A stretch of DNA of 20,323 nucleotides from Candidatus Omnitrophota bacterium (GTDB lineage Bacteria > Omnitrophota > Gorgyraeia > Gygaellales > JAHJCI01). The stretch spans positions 1-20,323 of the forward strand of contig JBDRHJ010000042.1 of assembly GCA_043816835.1 (NCBI GenBank), in the 5' to 3' direction. Shown here one piece after another: positions 13,833 through 20,323 of this stretch. Both the position numbers and the translations under genes were made by a program. How positions within the stretch are numbered: the first letter of the stretch is position 1; the number at the start of each line of letters is the position of its first letter. Under the pieces are notes generated by a model that worked only from the letters and a program-made list of their open reading frames with translations, did no database searches and was not told the DNA's origin.

Positions 13833-14840
13833 TTAATTACTTTCATTTTTGGGTTTTTTAAAAAGGTCGAGGAACCTGTCTTCGTATTCCTTATAAACCG
13901 TCCAAGTATCCAATTCCTGCTTTAACTCATTTGCCTTGCTGATATCCTTGCGCGATAACTCAAAGAGCCGCTCAATCTTTTCCTTTACCGAACGCGGCAA
14001 ACGGGTCAACTGGGTTAACGCCTTCTTAATCTTTTCGATTTCCTTATCGCTAATCGGGGCCGGCCCCGAATCCGAAGGCAGGCTAATTCCCTCCTTAAGA
14101 TAATCAACAAGCTTATTAATCTCCTCTTCTATAAAGTGCCCCTGTTTCTGTAATTCATTTAAATCAAGGGGCAAATTTAAAATCATTTTTAATTTTTCTA
14201 AAATCGCAAATGATGTCTTTGGGTTTTCAATCTGAATCGTATATATAGGAACCTCGCCTAAAAGGCAGAAGCCCGGAAAGCCTGCCTTTTTAGCTAACCC
14301 CAAAAACAAACCGTTCATACCGCTGATCTCACCTTCTTTCATTACCTTAAGGCCGTGTTTTTGTATCTGCTTGAATAATTCCGTGTTCGTGGCAGAAAAC
14401 CAAACCGCGGGATTTTGGATATGGTCAATCGAGGCAGGCAAGGCGGCAAAACTAATAACCATCCCGACCTTATACAAACGGGCAATTTCCAAAATATTAT
14501 CCGCATAGTCGCCTGCCTTGGCCAAGTCAGGCTGGGTATTGCTAAGAAAAATTATCAGGTCATTGTTGCTTGTTTTCGGATTATTTTTTAGCGAAGGGCT
14601 CTTGTAATAATAAAAATAATTTTGCGGCAGGCCTTTGATATCGATAACGCCGTTTTTTATTTCGCTTGCCATAGGATAGAAATAATCCGAGCTTACCATA
14701 TAAGCAAATGCCTCAAACCCTAATTTCTCAATCAGGTATTTAGTGCTCTTTAAAGCAACCTCGCCCATGCCCGGCCAGGCAGTAATAAGAATCGGGTTTG
14801 AAAGCCGCGGTTTTTTCAAAAATCTAATACTTTTCTGCAT
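13833..14840 (-). CDS. PAC2 (proteasome-assembly-chaperone-2-like) family protein with C-terminal coiled-coil extension
   Basis: 335 aa. The N-terminal pattern L.NPILITAWPGMGEVALKSTKYLIEKLGFEAFAYMVS resembles archaeal PbaA/PAC2 (NP..I.G.PG.G.V). The last roughly 90 aa are charged and heptad-like. AGGAG Shine-Dalgarno sequence upstream. Confidence 0.6.
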   Translation of the reverse strand: MQKSIRFLKKPRLSNPILITAWPGMGEVALKSTKYLIEKLGFEAFAYMVSSDYFYPMASEIKNGVIDIKGLPQNYFYYYKSPSLKNNPKTSNNDLIIFLSNTQPDLAKAGDYADNILEIARLYKVGMVISFAALPASIDHIQNPAVWFSATNTELFKQIQKHGLKVMKEGEISGMNGLFLGLAKKAGFPGFCLLGEVPIYTIQIENPKTSFAILEKLKMILNLPLDLNELQKQGHFIEEEINKLVDYLKEGISLPSDSGPAPISDKEIEKIKKALTQLTRLPRSVKEKIERLFELSRKDISKANELKQELDTWTVYKEYEDRFLDLFKKPKNESN

Positions 14841-14853
14841 ATATTTTCTCCTA

Positions 14854-15984
14854 CTAACTAAATCTAAAATTTTTTAAAAATCTTTCCAGGACCCTTGCCC
14901 CTTTATAGAGATGACTGACCTTGATGTATTCATTACTGCTATGCGCGCATCCCAAAGAGCCGAATCCGGTAGCAATCGCAGGAATATTCCTTTCTTGAAA
15001 AAAGGTAATTACGGTTGCGCCCTCAGAACCGGTTATCTTCGGGGATACCCCATAATTTCGTATTGCCCCTCTTAGATATTTTACCAGGGGATGCCTGGGA
15101 TCGATTTGTGAAGGCAGTTGATTTGCTAAAATCTCAATGCTGAATTTTTTGGCGTAACTTCCGATTATTTTTCTTACCCCCTGTATGATTCTCGAAGCAG
15201 GCATCCCGGGCAAGAATCTTAAATCAACGTCAAATTCGCACCAATCAGCAACTACATTAACCTTATCCCCTCCGGCAATCTTGCCGATATTTATTGTCGG
15301 CGGGCGAAGATAAAGATTTTTTTTATAAACAAATTTGTATGACTTTATCCCTGATAAAGCCGCTAATGCCGCATCAATTGCATTCACCCCCTGCCAGGGA
15401 TAAGCGCCATGCGCGGACTTTCCTTGAATCTTTACCCTTAGATGCAGTAATCCCTTTTGCGCAACTATTATATTAAAATCATCGCCATCTAAAATCAAAG
15501 CTGCCTGAGGCTTTAATATTCCTTTATCTAATAAGGGAATAAGCCCAAGGCTTGATCCGGTTTCTTCATCTGCCGTAGCAGCAAAGATTAGATTATAACC
15601 TAAAACATGCTTCTCTTCAACAAGACTCCTGATTACCTCTAAAGAAACTGCCAAATTACCCTTATCATCAGAAGCGCCCCGGCCATAGATGCGGCCGTTA
15701 CGCAAGGCCCCGGCAAAAGGCAATGCCCTCTTCCAGCTGCTGCCTGCGGGAACCGTATCCAGGTGTGGGCTTATCAAGAGATTATGTTTTTTGTCTTTTC
15801 CTCTTAAAATTACAACTATATTGTTTCGCTTTTTCTTAAACTCGTAAACTTTCGGCTTAAGCCCTAAGCCGCAGAAAAATTTTTTTACAAAACAGGCAAT
15901 CCGATATTCATTCCCCGGCGGATTCTCAGAGGGAATACGGATTAATTGCCGGGTTAATTGAATTAAACGCTCCTGTTTAATCAT
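14854..15984 (-). CDS. M20-family metallohydrolase (ArgE/DapE-type deacylase)
   Basis: 376 aa. It carries the metal-ligand blocks ISPHLDTVPAG, GRGASDDKG and TADEETGS, plus a C-terminal GCAHSSNEYI. Confidence 0.85.
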   Translation of the reverse strand: MIKQERLIQLTRQLIRIPSENPPGNEYRIACFVKKFFCGLGLKPKVYEFKKKRNNIVVILRGKDKKHNLLISPHLDTVPAGSSWKRALPFAGALRNGRIYGRGASDDKGNLAVSLEVIRSLVEEKHVLGYNLIFAATADEETGSSLGLIPLLDKGILKPQAALILDGDDFNIIVAQKGLLHLRVKIQGKSAHGAYPWQGVNAIDAALAALSGIKSYKFVYKKNLYLRPPTINIGKIAGGDKVNVVADWCEFDVDLRFLPGMPASRIIQGVRKIIGSYAKKFSIEILANQLPSQIDPRHPLVKYLRGAIRNYGVSPKITGSEGATVITFFQERNIPAIATGFGSLGCAHSSNEYIKVSHLYKGARVLERFLKNFRFS

Positions 15985-15992
15985 CTATTGTT

Positions 15993-16022
15993 ATTATACC
16001 ATATCGAACACCCCATGGACAA
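15993..16022 (-). promoter_or_regulatory. Extended -10 promoter placing the TSS at or next to the M20 start codon (leaderless candidate)
   Basis: On the minus strand, TTGTCC (16022..16017), an 18-nt spacer ending in TGG, then TATAAT (15998..15993). Only 8 nt (AACAATAG) separate the -10 from the ATG at 15984, and no Shine-Dalgarno sequence is present. Confidence 0.55.
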
Positions 16023-16067
16023 GCCCCTGATACCTAGAGGCGCTTTTCTTGTGCCGTGTGCCATGAT

Positions 16068-16111
16068 AAAAAAAGACAGGCATTATTTAATAAACTTAAA
16101 TTCTGCCCGTC
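16068..16111 (-). terminator. Intrinsic terminator of the cytochrome c3 gene
   Basis: On the minus strand GACGGGCA pairs with TGCCTGTC (8 bp including one G-U pair). The loop is AU-rich and 20 nt long. A run of seven T's follows. The element begins 14 nt after the stop codon. Confidence 0.55.
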
Positions 16112-16124
16112 CTTTATAATACCG

Positions 16125-16463
16125 CTATTTCTTATGACAATCTACGCAACCTGTAGGGCCAGCCGCTTTTTCTTTATGGCATTCTATGCAGTTCTCGTGA
16201 AAGGCCTTCTGGGGATTTATATCCGCCTCTTTTGTATGACAAGAACGACATTTTGGATTATCTATGCCTGTATGGTGGCATTCTTTACAGGAAATCGTCT
16301 CGGTGTGTTTTTTATGAGAAAAGGTAATTTTTCCAAAAGAGCAATCCAAGGTTATCGTATCTTCCTGTGCGCGGATAAAACTAGTTATTAAAAACCATGA
16401 ACAAAGACAAATAGCGATTACTAATCCCACAACAACAATATACCTCTTCATTCTCCGGTTCAC
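16125..16463 (-). CDS. Tetrahaem cytochrome c3-family protein (signal/anchor plus about 80-aa haem domain)
   Basis: Four CxxCH motifs are present (CKECH, CRSCH, CIECH, CVDCH). Four extra His residues (FSHKKH, CHH, AFH) bring the total to 8, enough for four bis-His haems. The N-terminus is hydrophobic (YIVVVGLVIAICLCSWFLI). The track start at 16463 is a GTG; the ATG at 16451 (MKRY) is an alternative. Confidence 0.85.
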   Translation of the reverse strand: MNRRMKRYIVVVGLVIAICLCSWFLITSFIRAQEDTITLDCSFGKITFSHKKHTETISCKECHHTGIDNPKCRSCHTKEADINPQKAFHENCIECHKEKAAGPTGCVDCHKK

Positions 16464-16537
16464 CCCCTTTCTTAAAAGGCATGAGAATAATTTCTTTTAT
16501 TATCGGCATTAAACTAAGCCGGGTTCCTTATGTTCCC

Positions 16538-16566
16538 AGTTTAAATCCTCCCTGATAAATTGTCAA
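16538..16566 (-). promoter_or_regulatory. Sigma70-type promoter for the cytochrome c3 gene
   Basis: On the minus strand, TTGACA (16566..16561), a 17-nt spacer, then TAAACT (16543..16538). Confidence 0.55.
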
Positions 16567-16581
16567 GAGGAGTTTATGGTT

Positions 16582-18552
16582 TTATTCGTTTAATTCTAAA
16601 GGATTCCAGCCGTAATAAGCAAAAAGCGTATAAGTAGTCGCAGCTACTGAACCTGTGGAGATCCCCTTGGGTGTTTTCCAGCCATGGCCGGTATCCGCAG
16701 AATCACTGCTGGCATAAGGCAGGCATCCCCGCCCCTGGCCGGAAGGCGAAGGGCTGGAAATAATCATCTGTGATAACTGCCAAAGGTAATCATCAGCCTT
16801 GTTGTGATATATTTTAGCAAGGTCGGGCATTTGCTTTTCTTTATAAAAACGCTCCATTATCTTAAGGCTTAAAATCATCTGGGCAGTCCATTCACAGGAA
16901 ACCACCCCCCCGCGTGCTAGATTGCGCTGTGCGGCAAAATCAAATCCCTTTACCTTAACCACCTTGCCGTCCGGACGGCGATAATCAACCTCTACGTAAC
17001 AATATTCTTCGGCAAATTCAATAATATCATCCGCAGACATCCCGATTTTTTCCAATTTATCCGGGCCTAAGGCAGCAATTGACCATGTGTAAGTATCTGT
17101 GGCAATCGTCGAATCCCCTTTGCCGCGTTTAATCGGAACATCCGGCCGGTCATAAATATGCAGCAATAACCAATCAACAACCCTTTGCAGCGCCTCTTTA
17201 TAGCGCTCTTCACCTGTTTTTTTGTAGAGCATATTAAAAAAGGCATATGCATCCAGGTTATGTTCCGTAGCATACCATCCTACATCCAGGCCGCCCCTTA
17301 TTCCGCCTTCCTTATCCTCATTTTGTATGCGGATTACCCACTTGGCAATTTTTTTCGCTAAATCAAGATACCGCGTATCGTGCGACTCCTGAGTATATTG
17401 CATTATTGCGATACCCAACCAAATATTCGGCCCGCAATGCACGCTATATTCCGCCGCCTGCCCGTCATCGGCATAATAGGCATTTAAGAATCCCCCGTCT
17501 GTTTTTTTAGCGTGCGAATTAAAGAAATCAAGAATCTTTTTTGCATTTCTAAAATCGCCGGCATAGGAATAAGCGCAGGCAGCCAAAGCCTGATCATAGG
17601 TAAAAGCCCAATTGGCAATATCGGCATCACCCTCAAAACTTGAGATAAGCCCGGTACGCGGATTCTGATGCCTGAGCACCCACTGATACATATTATCAAA
17701 GGTTGCCTGTTGTAATTGTGTCTTTGTCTGATCTAAAACCGACAAATCCGCAGCTGCTTTAATTTCCTTGCTTTGAAGATTAGTTAACTTCTCTTGTAAA
17801 AGCCCCTTCTCTTTATTCAGGCGGTCAATCAAAAGCGCGAGTTTCTTAACATTATCCTGCGATGCCTTTTCCTGCGCTTCGATCGTCTCCTGTATCTGGT
17901 TAAAGTCAAGAACCAGCTGGTTCTTTTCTCCTTCGGCAATTTTTATCTGGGATTGAATTTGGCCCAGGCGCGAATTTAATTCCTGCTTTTCTGTGCCTAT
18001 CCGGTTTATTATTTCCTTGGCAATTTCTGAATCTTCTGCGACCTGAACTAAATGTTCTACTAAATTGCGGTTATCGCTTGTCAATTTCCAGTTAAAATAT
18101 CCGCTCACGCCGATGCTCATTGCAAGGATAATCAATAATCCGGCGCTAATCCGGGGAACAAAATATTTCATCCAGGCATAACTAACAATGCGCCGATTGG
18201 CGGAAACCGGAACACTGCTATAAGATAAGCCGATCAGGTACTGCCCGGGCTGGCCAGAAACAGGTTCAATCCACGTCGGCCTCGCCCAGGCAGAGGTTGA
18301 TTTGGCAGATAAGGGAATCTGGATATTAAGCAATAAATTGATTTCGCGCTTTTCAATCATCTCAATAAATTCAGGCTTGAGATTGTTCACTGTAAGGCAA
18401 ATTCCCCCGCGTGAGATATTATTGGTAAATCCCTGTATCCAATCCGATAAGAATGCCTGCTTATCCTGTGTGGTTAAACGAAAATTAACCGGAAAAACCG
18501 AATCTAAACGAATATATATTCTTCTTTCCGTGTCTTTGCTGCGCTTAATCAT
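16582..18552 (-). CDS. PilZ domain - TM helix - coiled coil - alpha/alpha-toroid-like domain protein
   Basis: 656 aa. PilZ motifs are RRIYIR (RxxxR) and NISRGG ([D/N]xSxxG). One hydrophobic helix is present (ISAGLLIILAMSIGVSGYF). About 130 aa of Q/E/K/L-rich heptads follow. The C-terminal roughly 360 aa carry toroid-like repeats (DGGFLNAYY, KEGGIRGG, TEHNLDAYAFF). Confidence 0.75.
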   Translation of the reverse strand: MIKRSKDTERRIYIRLDSVFPVNFRLTTQDKQAFLSDWIQGFTNNISRGGICLTVNNLKPEFIEMIEKREINLLLNIQIPLSAKSTSAWARPTWIEPVSGQPGQYLIGLSYSSVPVSANRRIVSYAWMKYFVPRISAGLLIILAMSIGVSGYFNWKLTSDNRNLVEHLVQVAEDSEIAKEIINRIGTEKQELNSRLGQIQSQIKIAEGEKNQLVLDFNQIQETIEAQEKASQDNVKKLALLIDRLNKEKGLLQEKLTNLQSKEIKAAADLSVLDQTKTQLQQATFDNMYQWVLRHQNPRTGLISSFEGDADIANWAFTYDQALAACAYSYAGDFRNAKKILDFFNSHAKKTDGGFLNAYYADDGQAAEYSVHCGPNIWLGIAIMQYTQESHDTRYLDLAKKIAKWVIRIQNEDKEGGIRGGLDVGWYATEHNLDAYAFFNMLYKKTGEERYKEALQRVVDWLLLHIYDRPDVPIKRGKGDSTIATDTYTWSIAALGPDKLEKIGMSADDIIEFAEEYCYVEVDYRRPDGKVVKVKGFDFAAQRNLARGGVVSCEWTAQMILSLKIMERFYKEKQMPDLAKIYHNKADDYLWQLSQMIISSPSPSGQGRGCLPYASSDSADTGHGWKTPKGISTGSVAATTYTLFAYYGWNPLELNE

Positions 18553-20323
18553 ATTCGAAAATTATCCTTTCCCTGATCTGGGTTGATATCTTTTCAATAA
18601 AATTCTTAAATTCTGAATATTCAGAAAGCCGCACATCGCGTGTCTTTATCTTGACTACCTGTTTAAAATAAAGGCGGCCGTCCTCTATGTTATATTCGAT
18701 GTTTAAATCCAGCCAGGGGCTGGTTCCCTGAAAATCCCTCGGCAAATAACTTAATTTAACATCCGCAGGCAAACTTACCTCTGTTTCGGTTATCCTGGTA
18801 TTCGGCATCCCTAAATCAAGGGGATAGCGCCTAAGCTGCTTTGCGGTCATCGAAGTATCTAAGGACGCCAATTGTGGAAATATCCTTAAATTCCCCGCAT
18901 TAGTCCAATATTCCCTGCCGGAAAACGAATAACTTAACAAGACACTCTTGTTCAGGTCATCCAAATTCTCAATATCGTATTTTATCAAACGGGCAGCAGG
19001 GGAAATATCCTGGATTGCCTGTTTAAGGCTTTCAGAGATAGCGTCTTCGCTTGAATACTTAAGCCAGGCCCGCTGTGGGGAATCATATAACCCGAAAGTA
19101 TAAATCAACTTTTCTGCCCGGATTGTTTCATCGGCATTAATTTCCATTTTAAGAACGCGCTTCAGATAATTGTGCGCCGCAGGATAAAGCGGGGTTGTCC
19201 TAATTTCGTATCCGCCGTCTCTAAAAACCAAAACCTTTCTCTCCTGATCATCAGGGGGCAAATTGCCGAAAGAGCAGGTTGGGCATGTCGGGTCAAGAAA
19301 TACCAATCCTTCCCCCAGTTGGACCGCGGCAATCGCATGATTAAAAATCATAGAAGGAAGATCCTCCTGCAAATCAATGTTCTCATAGGTTCCGATTAAC
19401 ACCGGGTAAGCCTCGGCCCCGGCTTCAGCAAGCATTGTAATCAAAAGCACTGCCTGGTCTTTGCAGTCTCCGTATTTGTTAAAGAATATATCGGTTGCCT
19501 TATGCGGCTCATATCCGGCCTGGCCGTATTCTACGGCAACATAACGGATATCCTCAGCGCAGAAATTATAAATTGCCCGCACTTTATCAATTATTTCCGT
19601 TTTTCCCTCGGTTAGTTCAACAACCTTTTGTTTTATTGCTTCATCCGCCTGAATCTTATCAAAGGCCAAACTTGACCACCAATCATAAACCTCCTGCCAC
19701 GAACTAAAGGTAGAAATAAAAATAATCGGATTAATTTTTGGCCCCGGCGGCATATTTGCTTCCGGGATAATCGCCGGAATATCCTTAAACCCCCAAAGGT
19801 ATTCTTTATATTCCGGGGATTCTTTTATTGCCGGCTCTAATTTCGCCCCAAAGGTATTATAATTGGAGTTTAATATCTTATAGTGAAGCGGCTTGCCTGT
19901 TTTAGGAATAGTCAATTTAAGCTTTGCCTGAATAATCGGTTCGGACTCCTGCAAACCATAAACAAAAGCAAAGTCATTTTCATTAATAAGCTGGTTGCGG
20001 TAAATTTTATACTTATATTCGATAACGCATCCTTCGGTAACCTCCGGAAAAGAAATTATCCGCGCCCGCGCATTGCTATAAAGGGGAAAATTCAAATACT
20101 TGGAAACATCCCGTATGTGGCGGTTGCCCACGGAAACAACCACCCCGTCCGGGCGGATTGTACGCGCATATTCTAACTCTACCCGGTCATAAGTAGAATC
20201 ATAGCTGATTACTGCTTCGGAAAAATACTGTTTGCCCCGCTGGTTTAGAATCTTAATCATGAAGTGCTCGGAAAATACAGCCGTACTTTCGGGGGTAACC
20301 TGCATCCCTTCATCGCAAAACAG
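18545..20323 (-). CDS. DUF3857 / transglutaminase-like cysteine-protease-fold / DUF3858-type protein (5' end beyond window)
   Basis: The track ORF is 18545..20305, but the frame stays open to 20323 (LFCDEG precedes the first Met). A signal peptide is missing, so the N-terminus lies outside the window. Candidate Cys-His-Asp triad residues sit in YGDCKDQAVLL, FNHAIAAV and VFLDPT. Confidence 0.75.
   Translation of the reverse strand: MFCDEGMQVTPESTAVFSEHFMIKILNQRGKQYFSEAVISYDSTYDRVELEYARTIRPDGVVVSVGNRHIRDVSKYLNFPLYSNARARIISFPEVTEGCVIEYKYKIYRNQLINENDFAFVYGLQESEPIIQAKLKLTIPKTGKPLHYKILNSNYNTFGAKLEPAIKESPEYKEYLWGFKDIPAIIPEANMPPGPKINPIIFISTFSSWQEVYDWWSSLAFDKIQADEAIKQKVVELTEGKTEIIDKVRAIYNFCAEDIRYVAVEYGQAGYEPHKATDIFFNKYGDCKDQAVLLITMLAEAGAEAYPVLIGTYENIDLQEDLPSMIFNHAIAAVQLGEGLVFLDPTCPTCSFGNLPPDDQERKVLVFRDGGYEIRTTPLYPAAHNYLKRVLKMEINADETIRAEKLIYTFGLYDSPQRAWLKYSSEDAISESLKQAIQDISPAARLIKYDIENLDDLNKSVLLSYSFSGREYWTNAGNLRIFPQLASLDTSMTAKQLRRYPLDLGMPNTRITETEVSLPADVKLSYLPRDFQGTSPWLDLNIEYNIEDGRLYFKQVVKIKTRDVRLSEYSEFKNFIEKISTQIRERIIFEYD

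Noticed and set aside
17640-17700. GH8 (BcsZ-like) signature in the PilZ protein's C-terminal domain (EGDADIANWA)
   Set aside because: It resembles the A-[ST]-D-[AG]-D-x-x-[IM]-A pattern only partly and fails at three fixed positions. I keep the generic alpha/alpha-toroid description instead of a cellulase call.
15294-20176. Remaining short ORFs (15294..15476, 16056..16391, 17067..17273, 17484..17699, 18302..18586, 19172..19399, 19495..19707, 19883..20176)
   Set aside because: They are antisense to, or frame-shifted within, the M20, cytochrome, PilZ and transglutaminase-like genes. 16056..16391 is the mirror image of the CxxCH-rich cytochrome gene.
1-20323. CRISPR arrays, tRNA/rRNA genes, IS elements, integrases, prophage or toxin-antitoxin genes
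   Set aside because: I saw no spaced direct-repeat arrays, no T-loop GGTTCGAATCC-type motifs in the intergenic spacers, and no ORFs with transposase, integrase or phage hallmarks.

Overview
All 17 protein genes I can support in this 20.3-kb window lie on the minus strand and are tightly packed. The source looks like an uncultivated anaerobic bacterium, but the taxon cannot be determined from the sequence alone. No rRNA, tRNA, CRISPR array, transposase or integrase was recognised. In transcription order (high to low coordinates) the window reads as follows. (1) A DUF3857/transglutaminase-like ORF, 5'-truncated by the window edge, overlaps by 8 nt a PilZ-TM-coiled-coil-alpha/alpha-toroid protein. 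(2) A monocistronic miniature tetrahaem cytochrome c3 has its own promoter and terminator. (3) An M20 peptidase that appears leaderless is followed by a PAC2-like protein, then an orphan hypE and a UPF0280 (ApbE-like) gene. (4) A candidate promoter, a roughly 180-nt structured leader and an intrinsic terminator precede a Ddl-like ATP-grasp ligase and a KamA-family radical-SAM aminomutase. (5) A strong promoter precedes an EF-G2-type paralogue, a degenerate YchF-like protein, purH, a repeat-rich 230-bp spacer, folC, mnmE and folE. (6) A PDZ-containing M48 lipoprotein peptidase runs off the left edge. The candidates most worth follow-up are the PilZ/transglutaminase envelope module, the leader-controlled ATP-grasp plus aminomutase pair, and a small family of perfect hairpins with compensatory substitutions, two of which bury start codons. 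The pair of atypical translation-GTPase paralogues also deserves a look. All functional calls rest on motif recognition by eye; no database search was run.
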